A stretch of DNA of 63,815 nucleotides, the filler included, from Reticulomyxa filosa (Eukaryota > Protista > Foraminifera), in the NCBI GenBank assembly GCA_000512085.1. It is 27 parts of 27 records of this genome, joined end to end, with 100 filler letters (N's around TTAATTAATTAA, not from the genome) between each part and the next. Parts side by side here need not be neighbours in the genome. Positions count along the whole stretch, not along the records: positions 39,127 to 42,939 come from ASPP01000690.1; positions 43,040 to 44,347 come from ASPP01018382.1; positions 44,448 to 47,103 come from ASPP01047689.1; positions 47,204 to 48,403 come from ASPP01048570.1; positions 48,504 to 52,140 come from ASPP01010787.1; positions 52,241 to 59,252 come from ASPP01006608.1; 21 more parts are not named here. One strand, given 5' to 3'. The notes under the pieces were generated by a model. It saw only the letters and a list, made by a program, of their open reading frames with translations, did not search any database and was not told where the DNA came from. How positions within the stretch are numbered: position 1 is the stretch's first letter; each line of letters begins with the position of its first letter. Of the stretch, positions 39,781 to 53,350 are shown in pieces. The translations under genes and the position numbers were made by a program.

Positions 39781-42190
39781 ATTTTTGTCAAATTTGTGGA
39801 ACGTATCCGTTCTTATTTCGTTTTGAAAAAAGTAAAACTTCTGCTTATCAAATCTTTGCTCGATCCAAATAAAAGAAAACTAATTGACGAACTTGTTCAA
39901 AAGAGAGTTTATCATAAATATTTTCAAATCCACATAACAGGGTTTTGATTATTGATACAAGGCCTTTATTTTGTCACTTTCGTATTTTTGTCAACAGTAT
40001 TTAGTTTTCAAAACGAGACTTTTTTGTGGGCTAGACTTTTCTGCTCAACAGTACTTGATAATCTTGTGTTTAAAAAAAGTACTAATAATTTTATTGGAAA
40101 AGTCTTGCAAACATTTGTGATCTGTTGACCAATAAACATAATGGGCGCTGTTTGCGATAAATTTTGCAGTTGTGGCCAAGGATCAGCGACAGTAAGATTT
40201 TTATTTTGTGTGCATCGTAAAAATTAAAATCATTATATGCGATTTCCCTTTGAATAGGACAAGGTCGTAAGAAAGGCTTTACCAGTGTATGCGTGTTGCC
40301 CAGTTTGCCTATTCAAGAAGTGCAAAAAATATAGTTCGGCTGTGATGACATAAGCGGAAGACGTACACACCTTGTGAAGAAAAAGCGGACGAATTTAACA
40401 TTGACATTTTTGTTTAATAAATTTGTCATGTTTGTGTGAACCAGTTTCGCAGTTTTTTGTTCTTGAGATTGCTTGGTAAACTGCTTCAGTTTTTGGGTTT
40501 CACACATCGTAATATTTACTTTCGCCCTTGTTCAATTTTCCCTCGAATAAAACTTTTTGTATGACCACTGTCTACTGACAGTTGAAAATACTGCCTTTTG
40601 CATGTTATACTAAAATCCGCATATTCCGGAGTTGGTTTTGGCTATACATGTCTAAAAAAATCTTTCCAAGCCACAAAGGATTTTGGCAGCAATAGCAGAA
40701 AGTTAATTTTCAAACGAAGAATTTTTTAAGTTACTTATCGATTGTCTTATATCAAATATACACTCAAATTTTGAAAAATAATTTATTCAATCAAATATAT
40801 GTTGAAATATTGGCAGTGCTTGTTGACTTGCTTTGAGTGATGCAGTTTGACAGAAAAGCAAATGAATTTGTCGATTATATAATTATTTACTAATTACACA
40901 TTTTCTTTTGTATAAATACATTCCACAAAGACTTTAATTTTTTTTTTTTTATTCAATCAATAGCAAAAATATTTTGACATTAGATAAAATAGATTTGATG
41001 AAAATATTACTTACTGTATGACACTGGAAATGTCATAGATTTAACAGACAAAAGAGGTCACATTAATGTGCTAACAAATGTGTAATTGACACACACAAAA
41101 TATGGAATCAATCTCTTTTGAAAGTTTTTTACCTAAAACGAAAAAAAATTTATGTTGTTTGATTGTTCTTCATGTTTCCATTTTGAGATTACTTTGTGCA
41201 AATTTTTGATTATATTGTAGGGAAAGTCCCTATTATAAATCCCCAACTACTAACGGAACGGTGGGACCCCCAGTGGGTTAAAACCCTCTTCTCAACACAA
41301 CTCACTTTTCTCTCGTTGTACTTGTTTCTTTCATTTTAGTTGTTATTATTCTTTTTTAATTTACTTTCTTTTACCGAAGTTGTTCTTTTGGAACCAAGTT
41401 CCTTTCGTATTACACTTAGTCTTCTCACAAATCCCACAGTAGACTACTTTGATGTGAAATATATAATTTATAAATATAATAAAAATTATATAATATGTTG
41501 TAGATAATTTGAAAAATTAAGTCAAGTTGCACGTTATTCTACACACTAGCATATATGTTATATATTCAGCACATCGAGTTTTCGAGGTCCGCACTAATAT
41601 TGTTTTGTATAAAAATATTGTTCAAGACTTAGACTCGATATAATATAATAGATCTTAAAGCATGTGAATAAGCAATTGTATTTTTGAAAACCCTTTTTAC
41701 TTGCGTTTTGCTTTATCATAAATTTAAACAAATAAGTGTGTAAACTTTTTGTTAACTACAAGTTCTAATTTCTTCAATTATTTTTTTAACAATTCTTTGA
41801 CATTTGCAAAGCATTAGTTTTTTCCATTAAGATAGAGAAGATGTCAAAAATAAATAAAATGGTTAGCACATTTTAGTTTTGAAATGCAAATAATATGAGC
41901 TGAGAAATATAACTTCATTGATTTTAAATCTTAAGAACGGAGTTAGTTTCACCAAGCGATCCAAACGAATGACATGATCACACAAACATTAAAAAAAGAG
42001 AGAAGCAATGAAGTTTTTTTATTTGTTTTGTTTCCTGAAGCGTTAATTTTTCAGTGATGAAATGTTTTATATTTAAGGAGAAGGGGGGGAAGTGGAGATT
42101 GAAACTGTCACAATGATGATTGGAGAGACGAGAGATTTTGTTCAGCAAATTTTATTTTTATTTTTTTTTATTCCTTCAAAATGAAATCAA

Positions 42191-42850
42191 TTAACCAAGC
42201 CTAGGTTTCTTAGCTGGTGGTGGAGCCAAGCTTTCTTCAACAGGCGAGTGATCCGAATGCAATTTATATTCAGGCCTGAGTTCCCACAATTTGTTACCTT
42301 GCGCTTTGCCTTTGTTAACGCAGTACATTTCAACAACAGGTCTCAAGAAAGCCTAAATTTTTTTTTTTAAAAAAAAAAAAAAAAAAGGGCGTGTGTGTGA
42401 TGAATTGTTTATTTTTTTTTTTTACAAAAAAAAAAAAAAAAAGGGGGACAACCTACCCAAGGTTCTCCAGTAGTAGTTTCGAGTTCAGTTTGAGTGAGAC
42501 TAGTTTTTGATGAAAAGGCCTGAAAGAGCATGGACTTGTACGTAGACTCTTCTTTTCGAACGCGCTTGGGCTTTGCACTGAGGGTTTTCTGATTTCGCCC
42601 GAGTCGTCCAAGTCGTTTCCGCCTTTGTTGATTAAGCTCATGGCAAAGACCATTTTCGAGTTGACTATCACGGACTGCGACTTGGGTTTCAGTTTCATCT
42701 GTTGTCGCTGTTCTGGCGTGAACAGCACCGTGGCCTGTTTTTTGTCCGTCGCCTCTTGCTTCTCTTTGTTTTGTAAATACAGGCGGTAGTCTTCGTTCAG
42801 CACTGGGGTCACGTCCAAATGCGAGCTTGATTTTCCGAGTTTCGTGCATT
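42191..42850 (-). CDS. GTF2F2: Transcription initiation factor TFIIF beta subunit (RAP30/Tfg2), 3' part
   Basis: LFQAFS...ELETTTGEPW|AFLRPVVEMYCVNKGKAQGNKLWELRPEY matches the RAP30 winged helix (WELKPEY). Small frameshifts are present. Confidence 0.8.
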
Positions 42851-43039
42851 TATCTAAATAACCCCCAAAAGGGGGGCAATTTTTTTTTTTTTGAACTTTG
42901 AACTTTGAACTTTTGGGTACCCCCTTTTGGATCTCAATGNNNNNNNNNNNNNNNNNNNNNNNNNNNNNNNNNNNNNNNNNNNNTTAATTAATTAANNNNN
43001 NNNNNNNNNNNNNNNNNNNNNNNNNNNNNNNNNNNNNNN

Positions 43040-43395
43040 CCGTCTCCACAAGGAGAAATCATGGTTTGTTTATCTATTTTTTTTTTTTTGACATAATAAC
43101 ATTATGTGTTTTTTGCATTACAGCTGCAGCCCTCTTTCAAAAAAAAAAAAATTATACGTCACCTCCTTCCAAAGAAAAACCGGGGTTGAAGCCACCCCCA
43201 TGTCAAAAAAAAGATGAAAAGGTTTATTTATTTTTTCATTTTTTATTTTTTTTTAATGAAATGTACGTTTGGGTTTGAATAGGCATGCCCCCATCAAAAA
43301 AAAAAAGTGTTTGTTGTCCTCTGCCTCCATGTGCAAAAGAAAAAAAAGATAGGAAAATTGGAATTCGAGCTTTGAGCTCGAAGGCAAAAGTATGT
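43040..43395 (+). repeat. Pro/Lys-rich mini-exon module of the multi-copy family
   Basis: Homologous to the reverse complement of 46755-47103; its start matches 14638-14667 and the corresponding block near 38860. Confidence 0.8.
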
Positions 43396-43519
43396 TGCTT
43401 TTTTTTTTTTAAGAAAAAAATTTAACTTGTGATGTGCTAATAGGAGTCAAGTTCAAATCAAATTGTAAAGTTTTTTTTATTTTTTATTTTGTATTTATAT
43501 TTGAGAGGGAAAAAATAGA

Positions 43520-43630
43520 TGGGAAAAGAATTGGGAAAATAGTTGGGAAATAGTTGGGAAAATGGTTGGAAAATAGTTGGGAAAAGGGTTGGTAAAATAG
43601 TTGGGAAAAGGGTTGGGAAAAGGGGAAAAA
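43520..43630 (+). repeat. G-tract tandem repeat, ~12-13 bp unit (AAAATAGTTGGG variants)
   Basis: About 8-9 imperfect units. Confidence 0.8.
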
Positions 43631-44447
43631 AATTGTGAAAAAGATTGTGAAAAAAGTTAAAAAATAAATTGGGAAAAAATATATAATTTTATTTAATGAA
43701 AAGAATGATAAAATAAAAAAATGGAAAATATGACAAAAATAATAATAATAAATGCCAGTTGGAAAAAGTAAAAAAAATTGTTAAAAAGAGAAAAAATGAA
43801 AAAAAGAAAAAAAGAGAAAAAAAGAGAAAAAGAGAAAAAAAATTGAAAGAAAAAATTGTAGAAGGAGCAGCAGAAGTGCAAAGACTGGTGATATATGCTC
43901 AATTTGATGGAAAAATTCGAAACTCAAGACAAGAAACCGGAAGCAATAAGACGAAAATTAGTATTGGATACAGAGAGTGATCGTATCAAGCTGGATTTGT
44001 TTTATAAAAAAAAACAACATGCTTTCTAGTTTGTTTATTTGAATTGTGGTTTATTTCTGGATACGCGCAAAGTCGTCATTCGTGCGTGAACAACTTCAAT
44101 AACGCAATCTAATTGAAGATTCAAGAAGTGGCAATCATAGCATTAAAAAACTTATTTGCCATCAACTTAGGCGACAAGTATCTTCAAATAATTATTGGGT
44201 GACAAATCACCAAAGACGATGTTGAACTGCGACTACATGCTTCAACAAACAGTGAAGCTAAATCGTTATGAAATTGCGATAATTCCATGAATCCATGAAC
44301 AATCGAAACTGGTCGTGTGCGTACGCACATTCGCAACTTTGTGTTTGNNNNNNNNNNNNNNNNNNNNNNNNNNNNNNNNNNNNNNNNNNNNTTAATTAAT
44401 TAANNNNNNNNNNNNNNNNNNNNNNNNNNNNNNNNNNNNNNNNNNNN

Positions 44448-46690
44448 TGTGTCGCAAAAAAAACAATTGGAAAAGCAAATCATTGATCTTTTTATTGACG
44501 CAAGACGAGACATCCAAGTGATAGACAATAATGCAATCCTGCTCAGAGTACTTCACATATTCTTGTTTAGCATTCCACCGTGGAATATCATCTTTGTCCA
44601 CTTGACATGGATGATGTTGCCAAAGGTCGCGGATGATCCATTCCCAATCGATTTCACTGCTGTTAAACAGCACACAAGTGTGTCTGACATGTTTAGTACT
44701 AATTTTTTTAAAGCTTTTCAGCGTCGTGATTGATTATCCACGTTTTGCACATACCAACAATATCGGATCGATACAACTGAACAAAGGGCTTAGGTTTGTT
44801 GTTGCATGTTAAAAATGCGGTCAACGAGTTACAATACAAATTCAGACTTATATCAAGGATATGGAATTATTCAAACATCCACTTGCCAATCTGCGATGTT
44901 TCTTGGAATTGATCATAGTCGTGGACTCAGTCGCAGCTGTATCCCCTTCTCTCTCAGATTTTGGAATGCCGATGGCAAGCATTTGTTATGCAAACACTCC
45001 CCTAATAATATCACAAAGGTTGATCTGTCGTTGGGAAGCTGCAGCAGTGCCATGGCCAATGCAGTCATGGTTTCAAAATGCTTCGTCCATATGCTCTCCT
45101 GTATCAGGGGATGCACTTGGCGCAATATCGTTGCCAAGTGGCGATTACTTTTGTCGAGACCCCTCCAACGTCTTCAATGGTAAAATCAAATTTTTCCATG
45201 CCCATACACAATTCATTCGTCGCAAATTCCTTGAACTTGTCTTCGCTTTCAATGATCAATTCCAACTTCAATATGTCTCCGATTACATCCCCTCCCATAT
45301 TTGATGCAGGCATCATATAATTCCGCTGCGTCCTCTAATCTCCACTTTTTTTTTCTCTTGCAATTCCTGTAACATAATGTCTACCCTATTAGTCAATCGG
45401 TCGATTGCAGATAACGTTTGTTCAAATGTTTGCCATGCTTGTTCATGTTCGATATTCCATTGTATCTTTGTGGCATCTTTGAATTATTTCTGTCACTTGT
45501 TTCGATTTTTTCCACGCAAAACTCCATTCGTGAAGCCGAATTGCACTTGTTATCTGTTGCATTTTAGTCTGTCTTATTTTGTCCACTTCTTCTTCTTCTT
45601 TTGTATCCGGAAGCAACGTATTCATTTCTAATTTCCAATTCAAATGTTTGAGCCATTGCAAATGGGCAATTTGTGACGTATTTTTTTCAAATTTCCTTTT
45701 TTTTTTTCAATTACAAAAAAAACATATAACTTGGAACATAGGCTGTGTATATAATCCATGATAACAATCAGCTCCCATCAAGTGTTCCATTATGTTAGAT
45801 CATTGAACGGATTTGGTAACATTGAAAAGCTCGTATTTCTAGCTCTACTATTTCTTGAATAGCGGTCTTGCCAATAAGAGATCCCTACACTCCGCGAATC
45901 TGAATGATTCGGTTTTTGGTAACCAAATGATTTGTAATCATAGTAACGACGTCTTCGGGAGGGAGAGGCTTGTGTGCGTAATACGCTCGACTGCTGACAC
46001 TGATGTTATCCACATATTCACCCAGCAGAACTCAACGCCTCCAACACTTTGAAATAATTCAGTCCAATATCTTGCAATAATCGACAATGAAGAACATGAA
46101 CTGAGTTTCGTCACTATCGCCACTGCCATTGCTACATTCTTCCAGCAACTTCCATTGCGACGCGCTATGTGAAGCCAGTATATGCTCGATAATGCGCAAA
46201 GTCACCACTTGCGTGCGTAAAGGGCCATTCATAACTAAACGTAGCAAAGCCGACAATGATTTTTTTTTTTAAAAAACAAATTCAACGGTATAGGTCCCTC
46301 CTCCCGGAGTCTTGGAGCTACTTTCTTCTCTTTATCATTATCCTCTTCATCTTCTTATTTGCTGGTAATCTTGGATTGAGTTTTCCATCACTCTTAAATC
46401 AAATTGCGCCACGCAAACATTGAAAGATTCTTCCGATGCAGCGGTTCGCTCGATCGTCATATGTAACAACGTACACGTCCTTTTCTCCATCTTTTTTTAC
46501 TTCTTCGCTGCAGCCGTTGCGACAATGTAATGTTCATATCATTACGTGTTCCTTTTCTTTTATCCTGGCAAACTTGGTCTTGGTGCCGTCCAACTACGAA
46601 ATCAATATTGCTCAGAATTTATTTGAGAAAATCTTGTCCAACTTTCCAATGCCATATCACAATAGATGCTTTCCAAATACGAATTCCAAA
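44448..46690 (-). pseudogene. RNF213 (mysterin)-like giant AAA+/E3 gene fragment, disrupted
   Basis: PFVQLYRSDIVGMCKTWII (degenerate S...G.GKS) followed by IVYHLDVSSCVNKKINDLLFQLFFL, resembling the RNF213 segment LFHLDV..SV......FLF.LLIL. Multiple stops and frameshifts. Confidence 0.65.
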
Positions 46691-46754
46691 TTTCCTTTTT
46701 TTTTCTATATGTCTATTTTTTTTTCTTTTTCTTGAAAGAAAAAATAAATAAAAA

Positions 46755-47103
46755 CATACTTTGACTCTGGGAGCGAAGCTCCAATTCCAATCACACTATA
46801 TTTTTTTTTCTTTTGTCACATGAGAGGGGGGGTTAACCGAATTTATTTGAGGGGGCATGCCTATTGATAAAAACAAAACAACATTTTATACTAAAATAAA
46901 AAAATTAAAAAAAAATCAACTCTTTCATTTTTTTTTAAACGCAGGAGTGGCTTCAACCCCTAAATTTTTCTTTGGAGTGTAGGAGGACGTATACTTTTTT
47001 TATTTTTATTTTTTGCTGACGGGTTGCGGCTGTCATCAAAAACACAGACAATCGAGTACATCAAAAAAATATATATATATATCATCTAACAAACTGTGTT
47101 TAC
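46755..47103 (-). repeat. Pro/Lys-rich mini-exon module (second copy)
   Basis: Shares GGGGTTGAAGCCAC and AATAG|GCATGCCCCC with 43040-43395. Confidence 0.8.
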
Positions 47104-47203
47104 NNNNNNNNNNNNNNNNNNNNNNNNNNNNNNNNNNNNNNNNNNNNTTAATTAATTAANNNNNNNNNNNNNNNNNNNNNNNNNNNNNNNNNNNNNNNNN
47201 NNN

Positions 47204-48382
47204 TCCATTTCTTGCCATTTTTCGTCCATCGCTTTTCTTATCACTGGTACGTACTCCTTCACAATTGTTTTGGCCTTGTCCACGATCATTTGCTTCATTC
47301 GGGGAATACCACAGTAGTCATTCACCAATGACGCAAACTCTTTGTGATGCTCTTGAGATTTGGTCACATTAATTTTTTGTTCCCACCAAATTCTTTCTTG
47401 TTCCTGTCCTTTGCGGATAAACGTTAGTTTTTGCATATCGTTCATGCTGTTGTAGGATGAGTCTTTGTTCATCACAACAATCGTGGTTGTTTTTTTGTTA
47501 TATTGAATTTTGTCTTTGATTAATGACACCAATCCTTCTGCGGGACGGTCACAACGAATATCAAACTTTGTTACCACAAAGATGCCTTCGTCTTTCCATT
47601 TGGGACGTTTCGAGGCCAACTTGTCAATCCTGGATATGTCCACTTCATTTGCTTCATCTGTCGTCTCACGAACAACAATCGGAGTATACTTGAATTTCTT
47701 GCTGTCATTCGATTGACGCTCATGCAAAAACGCTTCTGTAATTTTATCCAATTCCTCCTTTTCATCCTTGTGCTTTTCGTCATCCGAACGCACTATCCCA
47801 GGAAGATCCACTATTACCAATTGGGGGACTGCTGGGCCTCCGATTTTTACTGTCAGAATATCAGCTCTTTTTTTTTTTTAGTGTCTTTTTTGCATAATTC
47901 GTACATTATTTTTGTGTTGGAAATATACAAAATGAGGGAAAAAAAGTACGTACGTGAAAGTGTTCTTATTTTCTAGATCCTTCATATGTTGGACAACTTG
48001 CGCTCCTAAATCTGTCAAACTCTTGACCTCAATAAGTCCTTCATCTAACTTTTTTATCGTCAAACTTTCAGTTCTTTGGTTTGACATTTCAAACCGTACT
48101 GGACACCTGTTTCCACTACCATCTTGGATAGTACCTGCTGGCATCGACAGCAGTTGCGATAGTATTGTTCTGTTAGTTCAAAATTACATGACTCTACTTT
48201 TTTCAAAAAAAAAAAACTTTGCAAAAAGGATAGAGGAGAAAAAATACAAACGTTTTGCCAGAGGATTGAACTCCCATGATTGCAAACTCTGCAGGTTCAA
48301 TGCTGCAACCATATTCGTTGCTCAATTTAAGCATGTGAGAGTACAGTTTCATGTATGTTTCATCTTCATTCATTGAAATCAT
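47204..48382 (-). CDS. Dynamin-related GTPase, 5' part (three exons)
   Basis: G1 GVQSSGKT across intron 48251-48170; G2 region GNRCP; G3 IVDLPG; G4 TKFD. Confidence 0.9.
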
Positions 48383-48606
48383 TTTCTGCTGTTTTTGGAC
48401 AGANNNNNNNNNNNNNNNNNNNNNNNNNNNNNNNNNNNNNNNNNNNNTTAATTAATTAANNNNNNNNNNNNNNNNNNNNNNNNNNNNNNNNNNNNNNNNN
48501 NNNATTTCCAAAACGAAAATGAACTGAAGACGTATTCGTGATTTGTACAAGTTTGCGTGTTTGTTGTTGCATTTTTGTAACGTAACTGGGGAATACAGAT
48601 TGCTTA

Positions 48607-49806
48607 GTGGCAGAACGCCGTTGGTGGGCAAGTGGTGGACATCCACTTCGAGATACCAATGCTGTTTACTCGGATGAAGAAGAAAATGACGACTCGTTTG
48701 TGCTATTGACAGCTGATGATGACACTAACAACAATGACAATAATAATAATAAAAGTAAGGACAATCCTTCTCAACAAGAACAAGAAGAACAAGAAGAACA
48801 AGAAGAACAAGACGAACAAGAAGGAGCAGAAGAAGAAGTGGATCAAACCAAAAACGAAAAAGATATCGAAAACGAAGAAGATGACGAAGAGTCATTGATA
48901 AACAGTGCTCTCCAGTGTCGAAGCTACAGTGCACCTCCGCCATCGTGGCACCGCTGTTCGTCCACCATTTCGTGGTACAGGCAATTTGAAGAAAACGAAG
49001 AAGACAACTGCAATTACGAAATGGCCATTGAACAAATGCAACAGCTGAGAGTCAACAATGACAAGAATCACAAGAGAGCGAGTGTGAATCTGGGGTGCAT
49101 CCGTTTTGGAGAAGAGATGGACAGCGCTGACGTTAACGCAAATATTACGCCGATGACGTACAACAAAAATTTCAAAAAATGCTTAATTGCAGCGGTCCAG
49201 ATAATCTCGGAGGAAAAGTGTAACCGACACCCTAATATGTGTCAGTCATCTCTAAATAATAACCATGTGGCTGACATGCAGAGGTTAAACGTGGTCAAGC
49301 AAAATCAAATTCGTAATGCAATGTATGACAGATACGAAGCAGACAACGAAGAAAGCGATGACAATGATGATGATGGTAATGATAATGGTAATAATGACGA
49401 AGATGATGACAAAGACGATAAGGAGGATAGCAACAATGCAAATCCCATCGAAAAAGATCAAAGTACTATTCACTCTTATGTCGAGGAAAATCAAAAACCA
49501 ATTATCCACACCACAATCACAAACAAAAAAGATAACAATGGTAGCATCAAAAGTCTAACATCAAACAGCGAAAAAGAAATTGCAACAAATGAAACATTGC
49601 TACTAGACAACGAAGCAAAAAATCAATGCCAAGTTCGAACTGAAATCACTCTGAATAATTATTCATTGCAACTATTTAACAAAAATGATCGTACTGTCAT
49701 TGAGAATATTAATGAAGGGAATGGTGTCAGTGATACCCGTTTCAGTCGCTCATGCTCAACTTCCTCAACTTCTGAAGGCAATCATTCTGTCCTCGACGTT
49801 GATTAA
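48607..49806 (+). CDS. Acidic/Asn-rich hypothetical protein, last exon
   Basis: ~400-codon open frame with E/D/N tracts. Confidence 0.7.
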   Translation: MAERRWWASGGHPLRDTNAVYSDEEENDDSFVLLTADDDTNNNDNNNNKSKDNPSQQEQEEQEEQEEQDEQEGAEEEVDQTKNEKDIENEEDDEESLINSALQCRSYSAPPPSWHRCSSTISWYRQFEENEEDNCNYEMAIEQMQQLRVNNDKNHKRASVNLGCIRFGEEMDSADVNANITPMTYNKNFKKCLIAAVQIISEEKCNRHPNMCQSSLNNNHVADMQRLNVVKQNQIRNAMYDRYEADNEESDDNDDDGNDNGNNDEDDDKDDKEDSNNANPIEKDQSTIHSYVEENQKPIIHTTITNKKDNNGSIKSLTSNSEKEIATNETLLLDNEAKNQCQVRTEITLNNYSLQLFNKNDRTVIENINEGNGVSDTRFSRSCSTSSTSEGNHSVLDVD

Positions 49807-50872
49807 TTTACTTTTTTTTAACCAAGGTAAAAATTATTTTTTTGTGAAAATTTCCCTTTTTTTATTGTTTTTTTTTTTTTTTGAGTGGTGAAAATGTCTC
49901 GTTTGTGGTTTTTTTCTTTTTTCAATTTTGTTTTCATTGTTTACTTGTTTAATCTTTCTTTTTTCAGCCCTCACAATTTTAGTCCTAGTTTTTTTTTGCA
50001 TGGGTTGACATTTGGTCTTTTCTCACAAATTTTTGGTTCAATTCATGTTTACAATTCGTTGGACAATATGACACTTCAGTCACTGCTATATTATTCACGC
50101 AATTGTCGTTTCAACACCAAGAACAAAAAAAAAGTTATAGAGTCAAAATAGCATTTGCCAATACACAGGTACTGGTGGTCTCTTTCGGAAGTAAGGTTGC
50201 AAATCATTTCATGTTATAAATAAGAAAGAGACACAATTTGTTTGACCAAAAAAATTTAACAAGTTCCATGGCAAAATTAACTGAAAAATAAAAAAAAAGT
50301 GATGCATGAGAATTCATAAAGGGTAAGGGAGCATGGCCAATAATGATTTCTGTACTATCTCAACGATAGTACAAAATTAAAGTTGTTACGATGTCTATTC
50401 TTGCCTGTGCCTGGACTGGCCTAAAACGGAGGTTAGGGGGACTGGTGCTGCTTTGAGTTGATATAGTCGCCGCAATTTTTTTTTCTTCATAAAATCATTT
50501 TAAAGAAAATTTTGATTTTTTTCATTTATAAAAAAGTAATTGCTAGACGTTTTTTGCAGATGTTTTAATTGAAAAACTTATAAAATCCACTGGTCTCATC
50601 ATTTAAAAAAATGTTCACTTTTTTTTAACCTTTTGAAGTTACTGTTCATTTATTTATTATTTGGCAAGCGATTCACTTTCGCAACTGATCATAAAGTACC
50701 AAAATTTGCAAAAACCAAATACAGCACTTGAATTGTTTTGAGTAATTTTGTTTTTTTTTGTTGTTGCTTGAGTCGTTGAACTCAAAATTTACACATCGCC
50801 AAACTATAATTCTTTCAACAAATTGAAGACAAGGATTATCTTTTACACACAAAACCTATGTTTACTTATATT

Positions 50873-52093
50873 TCAATGTGGACCACTGATTGATTGTCGA
50901 TGAATTTGGCTCCTGACCACACTACTCAAGTTCTCAGTGAACGTGTTGGCAACATTATTATTAAAAGTGGAAAGAATTACATCACCATCAAAGATTTCGC
51001 GGTGAGTTTTTTCTTGCAACTGATGAACAAAGCGCTGGGTTTCTGTCTTCAAATTGTCTCCGGAATATCTTCCTTGATAGAAGCGATCCAACACATCCGT
51101 AGAAAGTCCTGGATGGTCTTGTTCCCATTTTTGTCGTACATTCTTGCATAGCCTCTCCAGACAAGGACCAAAAACTTTTGTAACATCAATGGAATTCAAT
51201 CCACTTCGTTTTTTGATATTCTTGTCTCTGTTCCAGCACATACAAGAGTCACATATGTACTCACACAGTATTGTATAGGATTCATAACGGAATCCCTATA
51301 TTAGTACTGGCTCAACTAAGAGAAAAGAGAGGGAAAAAAAAAAGACAACATACAATATGGTGTTGAATTCTACAATTTGCAATTGGACAGGGAACAAACT
51401 AGGTTGTACACCACCCAATTGGCGTTTGGACATTCCTCGATTTCGAAGATCGCTCAAGTTCTCACGAGGATTACTAAGTGATTTGTAGGTAGGGTTGCTT
51501 TCTTCTTTGATGATACTATTTATTTTCTTGTCGTCTACATCTCCACTGGATTGGCGTTTTTGATGGATTTGATTGTTTTGATTATTATGATTATTTTGGC
51601 TGCTTTGACTATTTTCATTTCCATTATTGCCTTCGCCTTCGTCTTCCTCTTCCTCTTCGTCATCTTCTTCTTTCAGGTCCTCTTCTTCTTTGTTTTCCGG
51701 TGCCGCTTCTTCCTCTTTCAATCGAATTTCACGAATGCTTGTCTTGCCTTCGCGGTTAGAAGTTCCTCCCAACGGTCTGGGATTTTTCAAATACGCCTCC
51801 GGATTTTTGATAATATTATAGTGTTTTTTGCGATGTCGAGCCAATAAAAGCACTGGTAAGTCTTGCGTATTTTCATGAACACCTTGGTCGTAAGACATGT
51901 ACAGTTTATTTGTCGCCTTGTTCAATTCGTACACTTGCACTCGGACATTGTATAATTCACTCATGGCGTTAATATCCACATGGTCTCCCCATTCATATTG
52001 TTGCGATTTCTGTCGCAACGTTTCATCCCAGTCCAATATGAAATTTTCGAAAAAAGTCTTGATTTTTTCGCTTTTTTTTTTTTTTTGTGGCAA
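50873..52093 (-). CDS. OTU-family deubiquitinase, 3' part
   Basis: EWGDHVDINAMSELYNVRVQVY and LLLARHRKKHYNII (His box). Confidence 0.8.
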
Positions 52094-53350
52094 ATATGCA
52101 AAATATTTTACAATATGATAATATATAAATAAATAAATAANNNNNNNNNNNNNNNNNNNNNNNNNNNNNNNNNNNNNNNNNNNNTTAATTAATTAANNNN
52201 NNNNNNNNNNNNNNNNNNNNNNNNNNNNNNNNNNNNNNNNCCAAATAAAGAAACAAATTGTCAAACACACTGGCTTACACTTATCATAGCAAGCACAATT
52301 TAGTGTATTAGAATAAATAATAATTAATTTAACAAAAACTTTAAAAAAATTCAATATATAAGAGCAAAAGGTGAAATGACGTAAAAAAATTAAAATTCTA
52401 TCATCGATAATACACAATCCAACAAACACAAAAGGGACAAGTATGCTTGTATTATCTGGTAATGTCGAGATGCTTTGTACAGCCAAGCATAGTGGAACAT
52501 TGCTGGACAACACCAATAAACTGTTTGAACGTGAACTTAAAGTGTCAAATCATTAGTTGTAAAAAACCTTTGAAAAAGACAACAGTCAGCATATCTTACA
52601 TATGCTCAGCAATTTTGCGAGAATCTTGCGACAAATACAATACAGAATCGATTGTCAATGATACAACTTACCGTTGTCACATAAATGAAGACATTGACAA
52701 CAACGACAGCGATGACTTATTCGAACGGTGTGCAGAAAGAACAAAAAGCAATCATAATATCAATTCACAAACTGACACGACTACTGACCTATCACAATCG
52801 GAAGCATCTTTCGAAGGACAACAGCGGAAATGCTTTACGCAAGGCACAAAGAAGACATCAAACATGTCTTGTGCACATACAATTTGAAATCTGTTATTGA
52901 GTTCTTTGTACATTGATTCAAATATACAATCTAATGCGTGAAGATTGACTTGAATAATGTAGCTGCAAATATATATTTCAAAAATATATTCAATATAATA
53001 TAACGAACAAAAATGTTGCGTAGTAAATAGAAAGATACAATGTCAACTGTTGCTACGATCTGTATTTGATGACTTTCTTATCAACAGTCGCATATGTAAC
53101 TTTGGCGTCATGTTTTCAACAAATTGACACAATCAGTGTGTCATTGTTCAGTATGTTATTAGCTGATTTATTTGATATAGCATTCAGTCACTTTGGCATG
53201 ACGATTTACTTTGCACCTTATACGACTACCTTACTGTAGCTGACAAATCCACGATGTCTATGCTATGTTGTCAGCACTTTACGCAATAAAAACATCTAAT
53301 TGATTAGAAGTCAATTTGGGAAAGGCTGAATATATACAGTAGAATACAAA

